IMG/VR virus record: IMGVR_UViG_3300021085_000019
Coordinates: 19,653-83,652 of that record
Direction: 5' to 3' (one strand)
Origin: a virus
DNA length: 64,000 nucleotides
Positions 30,433-40,014 of this stretch are shown piece after piece. Both the position numbers and the translations under genes were made by a program. The notes beneath the pieces were generated by a model. It was not told where the DNA came from. It did not search any database and saw only the letters and a program-made list of their open reading frames with translations. The stretch's first letter is position 1. The number at the start of each line of letters is the position of its first letter.

Positions 30433-31362
30433 ATGCCAAGAAATGTATATTTCTCTCAGGCTGTGGCCTCTGAGCAAACAGTTTACGAAGATCTAGTAAT
30501 AGAATCTCTCAAAATATATGGACAAGATGTTTATTATATTCCAAGGGTTTTAGTTAATAAAGATAATATCTTAGGAGAGGATCATGCTTCTAAGTTTGAT
30601 GATGCGTATCTGATTGAAGCTTATATCGAAAATCCAGATGGTTTTGACGGCCAGGGCGATTTGTATCAAAAATTTGGTATAGAAATACGTGATGAGGTTA
30701 CGTTTGTTATAGCCCGTAGACAGTGGACAAATTTAGTAGGTGTTTGGAATAACGATGTAGAAACTATTAGGCCAATGGAAGGTGATTTAATATTTTTACC
30801 GATGACTAATAAGTTTTTTGAAATAAGTTTTGTTGAGCATGAACAGCCCTTTTATCAATTATCAAATTTGCCGGTGTATAAACTTAATTGTAGCTTGTTT
30901 GAATATAACGATGAGGACTTTGATACAGGCGTTGGAGCAATAGATATTACGGAAGTTAAAAATTCATATCAGGTTCCAATGACTCTTACTGTTGAAAACA
31001 ATGAGCATTTTGAAATAGGTGAAATTGTAACTCAAGTTATTAGTACTGATCCTGCTATAACTGTATACGGAACAGTTCAAACAATAACAAAGGTTTCAAA
31101 TCTTTTATCAGAAATATCAGTTTCAAACATAGGTGTTAATGGAAGCACTGAGGCTAGAGACTTTTATGTATCCGACAGTGTCGGATTAACCGGAAGTATA
31201 CACGGATATATTGCGTATCCTACTGCGGTCGGTAATGTAGCAGACGATACTGCATTTGCTAGTGATGGACATGCGGAAAATTATGCGTTTGAAATAGAAG
31301 CCGATGGCTTTGTAGATTTTACTGAAACTAATCCCTTTGGCGATATATCGGAGACTTATTAA
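30433..31362 (+). CDS. g14: Neck protein gp14
   Basis: ESLKIYGQDVYYIPR; RPMEGDLIF; FVEHEQPFYQL; NPFG. Confidence 0.92.
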   Translation: MPRNVYFSQAVASEQTVYEDLVIESLKIYGQDVYYIPRVLVNKDNILGEDHASKFDDAYLIEAYIENPDGFDGQGDLYQKFGIEIRDEVTFVIARRQWTNLVGVWNNDVETIRPMEGDLIFLPMTNKFFEISFVEHEQPFYQLSNLPVYKLNCSLFEYNDEDFDTGVGAIDITEVKNSYQVPMTLTVENNEHFEIGEIVTQVISTDPAITVYGTVQTITKVSNLLSEISVSNIGVNGSTEARDFYVSDSVGLTGSIHGYIAYPTAVGNVADDTAFASDGHAENYAFEIEADGFVDFTETNPFGDISETY

Positions 31363-32108
31363 TGTTTGGAAGTCATTTTTATCACGCAACTACTAGAAAG
31401 GCAGTAGCTTTGTTTGGAACGCTATTTAATAATATCTCTGTAATTAGAAAGGATGGAAATGGCAATGTGTTAAATCAAATTAAAGTTCCTCTTGCATATG
31501 GACCTAAGCAAAAGTTTTTGGCAAGGCTAGATCAGTCTACAAACACTGATGCTTCTATGGCGATTAAACTTCCTAGAATGGCCTTTGAAATAACATCAAT
31601 GGACATTGATTCGACACAGAAGTTAGCTAAGAGAAATCAGATAGTAGAAGCGCATGCCACGGATTCGAATAAAAAGAAGACAATTAAACAAGCGGTGGCT
31701 TATAACATTAATATGTCGTTATTTGCTATGGCAAAAAATCAAGATGACGGGTTGCAAATTATGGAGCAAATACTGCCGTACTTTCAACCCGAATATACAG
31801 TAACGATTACTCCAGTTAATGGATTTACATACAAGCAAGATGTTCCTATTATATTGAATAACGTAACAGTTCAAGATGATTATGAGGGTGATTTCTTAAC
31901 TAGAAGAGCTTTAATATATCAGTTTGATTTTGTTATGAAGATGAAGTATTTCGGGCCCACTGCCGATCAAGGTGTTATAAAAGAAATTAATATTGATTTT
32001 AACGCTGATCAAGGTGGATCTAATGTTTTAGAAAATATGGATTTTACAATATCTCCAACAACTGCTGATGAGGACGATAACTATACAGTTAATGTAAGTA
32101 TAACATAG
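31362..32108 (+). CDS. g15: Tail sheath stabilizer/terminator gp15
   Basis: FYH..RK....FGTLFNNI; VPLAYGPKQKFLARL; EQILPYFQP. Confidence 0.93.
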   Translation: MFGSHFYHATTRKAVALFGTLFNNISVIRKDGNGNVLNQIKVPLAYGPKQKFLARLDQSTNTDASMAIKLPRMAFEITSMDIDSTQKLAKRNQIVEAHATDSNKKKTIKQAVAYNINMSLFAMAKNQDDGLQIMEQILPYFQPEYTVTITPVNGFTYKQDVPIILNNVTVQDDYEGDFLTRRALIYQFDFVMKMKYFGPTADQGVIKEINIDFNADQGGSNVLENMDFTISPTTADEDDNYTVNVSIT

Positions 32109-32115
32109 GTATATT

Positions 32116-32547
32116 ATGGATAAATTAGAAAAAATGCAGGCAAGCCTGAATAAGAACTTGCCTGAGAAAAAAGTCAAAACTGCTGAGCTCACAAAGACCC
32201 AAAAAGAGGTCAAAGATGATTATGAATTTTCTAGGAAAACATATAAGGATCTCATTGAAACTGGAGTAAGATCTCTTGATGTATTAGCAGAACTTGCAAG
32301 GGAATCAGAGCATCCAAGAGCATTTGAAGTTTTATCTAAGGCTATAAAGGATATCGGTGATGTGACCGATAAACTTATGGACCTGCAGAAAAGTAATCGC
32401 GATTTAAACGATGAAAATAAGGGTAAGAAAGAAGTAACTAATAACAATTTATTTGTTGGTAGTACAACAGATCTACAAAGGTTGTTTGCAAAGCACGATA
32501 AAGAAAATAAAGAAAAGAAGATTATAGATGCCACGCCCGAAGAATGA
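32116..32547 (+). CDS. g16: Terminase small subunit gp16
   Basis: DYEFSR; ESEHPRAFEV; NNNLFVGSTTDLQ. Confidence 0.92.
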   Translation: MDKLEKMQASLNKNLPEKKVKTAELTKTQKEVKDDYEFSRKTYKDLIETGVRSLDVLAELARESEHPRAFEVLSKAIKDIGDVTDKLMDLQKSNRDLNDENKGKKEVTNNNLFVGSTTDLQRLFAKHDKENKEKKIIDATPEE

Positions 32548-34126
32548 ACATGAAGGTTATCTAGGAAATCCTAATGTAAAAAAGGATGGAGTAGAAAGCC
32601 AATTTAGCGAAGAACAAATAAAGGAGTACCGTCAGTGTATGATGGATCCTGCGTATTTTGCTATTAACTATCTAAAAGTTATTTCATTGGATGATGGTCT
32701 TGTTTCTTTTGATTTATATCCATATCAAAAAAACATGTTTAAACATTTTAACGATAATAGATTTAGTATAGTTTTAGCGTGTAGGCAGTCTGGTAAATCA
32801 ATTTCAGCCGTTGCATATCTTCTATGGTATGCTTGTTTTCATCCAGAAAAAACTATTGCGATATTAGCAAACAAAGGATCTACTGCAAGGGAGATGCTTG
32901 CTCGCATAACGTTGATGTTAGAAAACTTACCATTTTTTCTACAGCCTGGATGTAAAGCATTAAATAAAGGATCAATTGAGTTTAGCAATAACTCTAAAAT
33001 AATCGCATCGGCTACTTCTGGTAGTTCTATTCGTGGCTTATCTATTAACCTATTGTTCTTAGACGAATTTGCGTTTGTAGAAAATGATGCGCAGTTTTAC
33101 ACATCGACGTACCCTGTTGTATCTTCAGGTAAGGATACTAAAGTTATCATTACTTCTACTGCTAATGGAATTGGTAATGTATTTCACAGGATATGGGAAG
33201 GTGCAACAACATATACAAATGAGTATAAAGCTTTTAGGGTTGATTGGTGGGATGTTCCTGGAAGAGATGATGAATGGAAAAGGCAGACAATTGCAAACAC
33301 TTCGGAATTGCAGTTTGACCAAGAGTTTGGAAATAACTTCCACGGAAGGGGAAACACGTTAATTGATGCAAGTGATCTACTTGCTCAGAAATCCTTGCGG
33401 CCTATGACGTGGAATGAAAATTTATACATATACGAAAAATGTAAAGAAGATCATCAGTACGTAATGACGGTTGACGTATCAAAAGGCCGTGGTCAGGATT
33501 ATAGTACCTTTACTGTAATAGATACTTCATCAAATCCGTTTAAACAGGTATGTGTGTTTAGGGACAACAATATATCTCCTATGCTGTTACCTGATATGTG
33601 TTATAAATACGCTAAACTATATAACGATGCATACATTATCGTAGAATCAAATGATCAAGGGGCTATTGTATGTAATGGGTTATATTATGATTTAGAATAT
33701 GAAAATATGTTTGTAGAATCGCAGGTTAAGGCGAATGCGATTGGTGCAACTATGACAAGAAGAGTTAAGAGAATAGGTTGTTCTACGTTTAAAGATTTGA
33801 TAGGTCAAAAAAAGCTTCATATTGTTGATGCTAATACTATTGAAGAAATGTGTACGTTTGTTGCAAGAGGTAACTCATTTGAAGCACAAGCTCCTAATCA
33901 CGACGACCTAGTAATGAATTTAGTATTGTTTTCATGGTTTACAACAACTGATATTTTTCAAGGTATAACAAATATTGATATGAAAAATTTATTATATAAA
34001 GAACAATTGCAGGCAATACATGATGATTTATTGCCGTTTGGTCTTATTAATGATGGTCGAAGTACCGTTTCTGATGGAAAGGGTGATGGAGAGGGTAATG
34101 TTTGGTTCGAAGTAGAGCACCTTTAA
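32528..34126 (+). CDS. g17: Terminase large subunit gp17
   Basis: RQSGKS Walker A; LLFLDEFAF Walker B; VDVSKGRGQDYS and HDDLVM nuclease motifs. Confidence 0.96.
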   Translation: MPRPKNEHEGYLGNPNVKKDGVESQFSEEQIKEYRQCMMDPAYFAINYLKVISLDDGLVSFDLYPYQKNMFKHFNDNRFSIVLACRQSGKSISAVAYLLWYACFHPEKTIAILANKGSTAREMLARITLMLENLPFFLQPGCKALNKGSIEFSNNSKIIASATSGSSIRGLSINLLFLDEFAFVENDAQFYTSTYPVVSSGKDTKVIITSTANGIGNVFHRIWEGATTYTNEYKAFRVDWWDVPGRDDEWKRQTIANTSELQFDQEFGNNFHGRGNTLIDASDLLAQKSLRPMTWNENLYIYEKCKEDHQYVMTVDVSKGRGQDYSTFTVIDTSSNPFKQVCVFRDNNISPMLLPDMCYKYAKLYNDAYIIVESNDQGAIVCNGLYYDLEYENMFVESQVKANAIGATMTRRVKRIGCSTFKDLIGQKKLHIVDANTIEEMCTFVARGNSFEAQAPNHDDLVMNLVLFSWFTTTDIFQGITNIDMKNLLYKEQLQAIHDDLLPFGLINDGRSTVSDGKGDGEGNVWFEVEHL

Positions 34127-34137
34127 AACTTTATTTA

Positions 34138-34145
34138 TATAAATA
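34138..34145 (+). promoter_or_regulatory. T4-type late promoter
   Basis: TATAAATA upstream of g18. Confidence 0.8.
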
Positions 34146-34209
34146 ATACTGATTGAATATAACCGTATTATGAAAACTTATTAATAACTCAAATTGAGAG
34201 GACAAAAAA

Positions 34210-35892
34210 ATGGCATTTCAAGTATCACCAGGCGTCCAAGTCAAGGAAATTGACGCATCGGGCGTAATACCTGCCGTATCAACCAGTATTGGTGGATTCG
34301 CAGGCGCTTTTAATTGGGGTCCAGTAGAAGAGGTTGTTACGGTTGGTTCAGAGACAGAATTAGCTAACATCTTCGGTTCACCAGATTCCAGTACGGCAAA
34401 ATACTTTTTAACTGCAGCATCATTCTTAAAGTATGGTAATGCACTAAAAGTAGTACGAGCAGCATCAGGTCATCTAAACGCGACTGACGGATCTGCACAA
34501 CTTATTAAAAATTTAGAACACTTTGAGGAATCTTCTATTACTACCGGGCAGTTTCATGCAAGATATCCCGGAAAATTAGGTAATTCACTAAGTGTTTATA
34601 TAGCTACGAACTCAACTTCCCAGGCTGCTCTCCCGGCCCAAGTAAAAGCCGAATTCGATAGAGACCCCGGCACGTCGGAAACTGCATCTGCATCACCATA
34701 TACGATTACAGGCGATGAAATGAATATTGCAGTTGTTGATAGCTTAGGTTCATGGACAGGAGTTCCTGGTACTGTTTTAGAAACTTTTCAGTTAGTTTCT
34801 CAAGCTATCGATTCTAAAACTCCACAAGGTACATCTAACTATTACAAAGAGGTTATTAACAGAACTTCTAGGTATGTTTATGCGAATCTTGAACCTTCGA
34901 CGTTAACAGAAATAGGTGACCCAATTAGTGGATTCACAGCAAACGGTTCATATACTACCTCTGACGCCGAAATTGTAGTTGATTTAGTAAATGGAACTGA
35001 CGATAACGCACCAACTCACGGTGAGATTGGTACTGGATTTGATGCCTTAGCAGATGCTGAAACAGTTGATGTTAACTTGTTGTTTGCATATCCAGACGCC
35101 AACAGCCAAAAAAATATTGCAGATAAACTAATTTCCATATGTGAAAGTAGAAAAGATTGTATGGCTTTTATATCGCCTCCGATTGAAGCTTCTGTTGGAG
35201 TCGCTAATCCAGCTGCAACAGTAAAGGCTTGGGTTGACGATATTAACTCAACTTCTTATGCTTCTGCTGATTCAAGTGCTGTATACGTTTATGATAAATA
35301 TAACGACGTTTACAGATGGTTGGGTGCTTCTGGTCTTTGCGCAGGTCTTTGTGCGAACACAGATAACGTTGCTGATGCATGGTTCTCACCTGCAGGAACA
35401 ACAAGAGGTCAACTATTTGGTGTAACCAAACTAGCATATAATCCTAAGAAAGCTGATAGAGACATGCTTTATAAAGCAAGAGTTAACCCACTCGTTTCTT
35501 TCCCTGGACAAGGTACAATGTTATTTGGTGATAAAACACTATTAAGTAAGCCAAGTGCATTTGATAGAATTAACGTAAGGAGATTGTTTATTGTAATTGA
35601 AAAAGCAATCGCGACTGCAGCTAAAGGACAACTTTTCGAATTTAATGACGAGTTTACTAGAGCTCAATTTAGAAATCTTCTTGAGCCATTCTTAAGAGAT
35701 GTAAAAGGAAGACGTGGTGTTACAGACTTTAGAGTCGTATGTGATACTACAAACAACACAGGTCAAGTAATTGACGCTAATAGATTTGTTGCTGATATCT
35801 TTATCAAGCCTTCTAGATCTATTAACTTCATCACACTTAACTTTATTGCAACAAGAACCGGAGTCGATTTCTCAGAAGTCGCCGGCGGTTAA
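34210..35892 (+). CDS. g18: Tail sheath protein gp18
   Basis: MAFQVSPGV; WFSPAG; FDRINVRRLF; FEFNDEFTR. Confidence 0.96.
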   Translation: MAFQVSPGVQVKEIDASGVIPAVSTSIGGFAGAFNWGPVEEVVTVGSETELANIFGSPDSSTAKYFLTAASFLKYGNALKVVRAASGHLNATDGSAQLIKNLEHFEESSITTGQFHARYPGKLGNSLSVYIATNSTSQAALPAQVKAEFDRDPGTSETASASPYTITGDEMNIAVVDSLGSWTGVPGTVLETFQLVSQAIDSKTPQGTSNYYKEVINRTSRYVYANLEPSTLTEIGDPISGFTANGSYTTSDAEIVVDLVNGTDDNAPTHGEIGTGFDALADAETVDVNLLFAYPDANSQKNIADKLISICESRKDCMAFISPPIEASVGVANPAATVKAWVDDINSTSYASADSSAVYVYDKYNDVYRWLGASGLCAGLCANTDNVADAWFSPAGTTRGQLFGVTKLAYNPKKADRDMLYKARVNPLVSFPGQGTMLFGDKTLLSKPSAFDRINVRRLFIVIEKAIATAAKGQLFEFNDEFTRAQFRNLLEPFLRDVKGRRGVTDFRVVCDTTNNTGQVIDANRFVADIFIKPSRSINFITLNFIATRTGVDFSEVAGG

Positions 35893-35905
35893 TTAGGAGA
35901 AGAAA

Positions 35906-36433
35906 ATGGCAATTTTAGGCGTAGACGATTTTAAATCTAAGCTCGTTGGAGGTGGTGCACGTTCTAACATGTTCAAAGTAACATGTAACTTCCCATCTTA
36001 TGCTCAAGGCGATGTTGAATTATCTTCTTTCATGATTAAGGGTGCTCAGTTTCCTTCATCAGTTGTAGCTCCTGTCCCTGTATTATTTAGAGGCAGACAA
36101 CTACAATTGGCTGGAGACAGAACTTTTGAGCCAGTATCATTAACAGTGATTAATGACACAGGTTTTGAAGTAAGAAATGCATTCGAAAGATGGATGAATG
36201 GTATCAGCGAACACAATAACAATACAGGTCAAAGTAATCCTACTGATTATATGGCTGATATTATTGTTGAGCAATTAAACAAGCAAGGTGAAGTAACTAA
36301 GACTTACGATATGAGAGGTTGTTTCCCAACAAATCTTTCTACAATTGAGCTTTCATACGACAATGAAAACCAGATTGAAGAATTTACTGTTGAGTTACAG
36401 GTTCAATATTGGGAGTCAAATACTACTTCTTAA
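35906..36433 (+). CDS. g19: Tail tube protein gp19
   Basis: GGGARSNMF; AGDRTFE; IEEFTVELQVQYWE. Confidence 0.95.
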   Translation: MAILGVDDFKSKLVGGGARSNMFKVTCNFPSYAQGDVELSSFMIKGAQFPSSVVAPVPVLFRGRQLQLAGDRTFEPVSLTVINDTGFEVRNAFERWMNGISEHNNNTGQSNPTDYMADIIVEQLNKQGEVTKTYDMRGCFPTNLSTIELSYDNENQIEEFTVELQVQYWESNTTS

Positions 36434-36439
36434 AAGCGG

Positions 36440-36477
36440 TATAAATAATATTAGATGAGGGGAGTTGTTCTCCCCTC
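36440..36477 (+). promoter_or_regulatory. Late promoter followed by a GC-rich leader hairpin
   Basis: TATAAATA at 36440-36447; GAGGGGAG-TTGTT-CTCCCCTC at 36457-36477. Confidence 0.7.
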
Positions 36478-36501
36478 TGATAATATTGAGGTAAATAAAA
36501 A

Positions 36502-37992
36502 ATGGCAGAACTTTTTGGTTTTGAGATCAATAGAAAGGGTCAAAAGCTTCCAGAGCTTCCTTCTTTTGTTCCGGACACAGATGATGATGGTGTTGGCGTC
36601 ATTAACAGCGGTGGTCACTTTGGCCAGTATGTTGATATTGATGGCGATACTGCAAAAAATGAAGTAGATCTTATATACAAGTATAGAGATATCGCTTCAC
36701 ACCCAGAATGCGACGCGGCCGTAGAAGATATTGTAAATGAAGCAATTGTAGGTGATAATAAATCAGCACCTGTTGAAATTGTTATGGATGAGATGGATGC
36801 TTCAACTCAAGTTAAAAAGGCTATGAAGGATGAGTTTGAAAATATTATTTCATTGTTAAAATTTAATAGCTATTCGCACGACATTTTTAGAAAATGGTAT
36901 GTAGATGGTAGATTACCATATCATATTATTATCGATAATAATAACCCTAAAAAGGGTATATTAGAATTAAGATATATTGATCCCACTAAATTAAGAAAGA
37001 TTAAAGAGATCGAAGAAGAAAAAGATCCAAGGACTGGGGCTAATATCATTAAGAAGTCAGAAGAGTACTTCTTATTTCAAGACGGAAAGATGACCGGTGA
37101 AAACCAAGGGTTAAAGATTCACCCGGATTCAATAGCATATTGTACTTCTGGTATGTTAGATCCAAGTAGAAAAAGAATATTATCATTTTTGCATAAGGCT
37201 ATTAAGCCAGTAAATCAGCTAAGAATGATGGAAGATTCATTGGTAATCTACAGAATTAGTAGGGCGCCGGAACGAAGAATTTTTTATATTGATGTTGGTA
37301 ACCTTCCTAAAGGTAAAGCAGAAGAATATCTAAAAAATATTATGGGCCAGTATAGAAATAAATTGGTCTATGATGCTAAAACCGGTGATATAAAAGACGA
37401 CCGTAAGCATATGTCTATGTTAGAAGATTTCTTTTTACCACGTAGAGAGGGCGGAAGAGGAACAGAGATTTCAACCCTACCAGGTGGAGAAAACTTAGGT
37501 CAAATAGAAGATATTGTATATTTCCAAAAGAAACTATATAAATCATTAAACGTTCCTGCTAATAGACTAGAGCAAGAATCTGGATTTAATTTAGGTAGAA
37601 GCACCGAAATTACCAGAGACGAAGTTAAGTTTAAAAAGTTTTTAGATAGACTGAGAAAGAGATTTAGTGATTTGTTCTTACAACTGTTAAAAACACAGTT
37701 AATGCTTAAGGGCGTAATTACTAAGGAAGATTGGGTTAAATGGAAGGAAGATATATATTTTGACTTTATCGAAGATAATTATTTTAGTGAGTTAAAAGAA
37801 GCTGAAATTATTCGTGAAAGGTTTGAAATGCTTGCTCAGATGGATGAGTACGTTGGGAAGTATGTGTCTAATGAGTGGATTCGTAAGAATATCTTACGTC
37901 AAAACGATGATGAGATCGCTGAGATGAAGAAACAAATCGAAGCAGAGAAATCTTCAGGTGAAATTGAAGATGAAGATGATCTTGACATTTAA
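36502..37992 (+). CDS. g20: Portal protein gp20
   Basis: YRISRAPERRIFYIDVGNLPK; LPRREGGRGTEISTLPGG. Confidence 0.97.
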   Translation: MAELFGFEINRKGQKLPELPSFVPDTDDDGVGVINSGGHFGQYVDIDGDTAKNEVDLIYKYRDIASHPECDAAVEDIVNEAIVGDNKSAPVEIVMDEMDASTQVKKAMKDEFENIISLLKFNSYSHDIFRKWYVDGRLPYHIIIDNNNPKKGILELRYIDPTKLRKIKEIEEEKDPRTGANIIKKSEEYFLFQDGKMTGENQGLKIHPDSIAYCTSGMLDPSRKRILSFLHKAIKPVNQLRMMEDSLVIYRISRAPERRIFYIDVGNLPKGKAEEYLKNIMGQYRNKLVYDAKTGDIKDDRKHMSMLEDFFLPRREGGRGTEISTLPGGENLGQIEDIVYFQKKLYKSLNVPANRLEQESGFNLGRSTEITRDEVKFKKFLDRLRKRFSDLFLQLLKTQLMLKGVITKEDWVKWKEDIYFDFIEDNYFSELKEAEIIRERFEMLAQMDEYVGKYVSNEWIRKNILRQNDDEIAEMKKQIEAEKSSGEIEDEDDLDI

Positions 37993-37997
37993 TTTTT

Positions 37998-38005
37998 TAT
38001 AAATA
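37998..38005 (+). promoter_or_regulatory. T4-type late promoter
   Basis: Intergenic TATAAATA. Confidence 0.8.
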
Positions 38006-38025
38006 TATAACGAAGGAAACAAATA

Positions 38026-38193
38026 ATGAGTATTGAAAATTTAATTGATAATGTTAAAAATGGCGATAATGTTGCTGCTAGTAAGCAGTTTAACTCTATT
38101 ATGGCCGATAAATTAACAGCTGCTCTTGATGCAAAGAAGATTGAAATTGCTTCTACATTGCAAGACAGACAAGCCTCTAAAGAAGAGGAATAA
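38026..38193 (+). CDS. Small prohead core protein, gp67-like (55 aa; not in the ORF track)
   Basis: Manual translation MSIENLIDNVKNGDNVAASKQFNSIMADKLTAALDAKKIEIAS...EEE; AAGGA SD; lies between g20 and g21. Confidence 0.75.
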   Translation: MSIENLIDNVKNGDNVAASKQFNSIMADKLTAALDAKKIEIASTLQDRQASKEEE

Positions 38194-38209
38194 TAACGGA
38201 AATAAGTAA

Positions 38210-38863
38210 ATGAAACTTATAGCAGAATTTAATGACAGTAACCTAGAGGTTATTGAAGAAAAGGTTAATGGCAAAAAGACTCTCGTGATCGAGGGTGTTT
38301 TTATGCAAGCCGATTCTAAAAATAGAAACGGTCGTATTTACGAAAAGAGCATTCTTGAAAATGCGGTAAGTAAATATGTAAAAGAACAAGTAAGTACTGG
38401 TAGAGCAGTTGGGGAACTAAACCACCCTGAAGGTCCTACTATTAACTTAGATAAAGTTTCACATAAGATTACGGAACTCAAATTTGACGGAAGTAATGTT
38501 ATTGGAAAAGCATCGATCTTAGAAACCCCTATGGGGCAAATTGTAAAAGGTTTGCTTGAAGGTGGAGTTAAGCTTGGTGTATCAAGTCGTGGTATGGGTA
38601 GTCTTGTGCAAAAGAATGGCGCTATGTATGTGAAAGATGACTTTATGTTGTCTACAGTAGATATCGTTCAAGACCCTTCAGCTCCAGAGGCATTTGTCAA
38701 TGGAATTATGGAAGGTGTTGATTGGGTATGGAATAATGGCGTTCTTTGTCCACAAGAAGTTGAGAAAATTGAGACTGAAATCAAGGAAGCTCGAGGTGTT
38801 AGTTCATCTGATGTCGAGATTAAAGCTTTTAAAAATTTCCTCTCTAAACTTGTAAATTCTTAA
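38210..38863 (+). CDS. g21: Prohead protease gp21
   Basis: NRNGRIY; GELNHP; GVSSRGMGS; DPSAP. Confidence 0.95.
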   Translation: MKLIAEFNDSNLEVIEEKVNGKKTLVIEGVFMQADSKNRNGRIYEKSILENAVSKYVKEQVSTGRAVGELNHPEGPTINLDKVSHKITELKFDGSNVIGKASILETPMGQIVKGLLEGGVKLGVSSRGMGSLVQKNGAMYVKDDFMLSTVDIVQDPSAPEAFVNGIMEGVDWVWNNGVLCPQEVEKIETEIKEARGVSSSDVEIKAFKNFLSKLVNS

Positions 38864-38877
38864 TAGGAGAATAAATT

Positions 38878-39993
38878 ATGTCTAATGACGAAATTAAAAA
38901 TGATTTAGTCGAAGACGTATCAGAAACTGAAGAGCTTGATAACGAGGAGCTCGTTGAAGACGAACAAGTTCAAGACGAAGAAATCGTAGAAGCTAAAGTC
39001 AAGAAAGAAGCTGACGAAGAAGGCGATGATGATGACGAGGAAGAAGTTAAGGAAGATTCCGATGAGGAAGATGACGAAGACGAAGAGCCTGTTGTTGAAA
39101 TGCCTAAAACTAAAGCTGCAATCATGGCATCAGTAAATGATATGTTGAAGAAATCAAAAAAACTAGACGCACAAAAGATTTACGCTAGCGTTGTGAAAAC
39201 AATGGAAAGTGATCATGGTGATGACGAAGAAGAAGAGAAGCCAGTTAAGGAAGACGTTAACGTTGACCATATTGACTACTCTGAAGATTTAGAAAACCTA
39301 GTCGCTGAAGAAGCTACGTTGTCTGACGGTTTCCAAGCGAAAGCTGGAATTATCTTTGAAGCTGCTTTAAAATCTAAAGTAGGTGCAGAGATCGAAAGAC
39401 TAGAATCTGAGTACGTTTCAAACCTTGAAGAAGAGGTAACTGAAATCAAGACTGAGCTCGTAGAAAAGGTAGATTCTTACCTTAACTATGTTGTTTCAAA
39501 CTGGATGACAGAGAATGAAGTTGCGGTAACTACAGGACTTAGAACTGAAATTGCTGAAGACTTTATGACTTCTTTACAGTCAGTGTTCAAAGAACACTAT
39601 ATCGAGGTTCCAGAAGGTAAGGTTGACCTAATTGACGAATTGTCAGATCAGGTTGCTGAGCTTGAGGAATCATTAAATAAATCAACAGAAGAGAATATCG
39701 CACTAACTGAGTCTGTTTCCAATTTGGAAAGAGCTGAGATTGTGAGAAACGCTTCTTCTGGGCTAGCATTGACTGAAGCTGAAAAGCTTGCATCTTTGGT
39801 AGAAGATATTGATTTTGATTCAGCAGAATCTTTCGAAATGAAAGTGAATGTTGTTAAAGAGTCATACTTCAAATCTGAAGCTCAAGAATCAGTAGATGAA
39901 GCTCAAACCTTAGTTGGTACTGACGAAGCTCCGGCTGACCTCAGTGATGTAATGGCTAGATACACTTCAGCTATTTCAAAATTTAACAAATAG
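38878..39993 (+). CDS. g22: Prohead core scaffold gp22
   Basis: Acidic N-terminus; IFEAA; VDSYLNYV..WM.EN; synteny. Confidence 0.9.
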   Translation: MSNDEIKNDLVEDVSETEELDNEELVEDEQVQDEEIVEAKVKKEADEEGDDDDEEEVKEDSDEEDDEDEEPVVEMPKTKAAIMASVNDMLKKSKKLDAQKIYASVVKTMESDHGDDEEEEKPVKEDVNVDHIDYSEDLENLVAEEATLSDGFQAKAGIIFEAALKSKVGAEIERLESEYVSNLEEEVTEIKTELVEKVDSYLNYVVSNWMTENEVAVTTGLRTEIAEDFMTSLQSVFKEHYIEVPEGKVDLIDELSDQVAELEESLNKSTEENIALTESVSNLERAEIVRNASSGLALTEAEKLASLVEDIDFDSAESFEMKVNVVKESYFKSEAQESVDEAQTLVGTDEAPADLSDVMARYTSAISKFNK

Positions 39994-40014
39994 TCTAATA
40001 GGGGAAAACAAAAA

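Noticed and set aside
36455-36667. 70-aa ORF overlapping the g20 start
   Set aside because: It begins within the leader hairpin and overlaps the portal gene out of frame.
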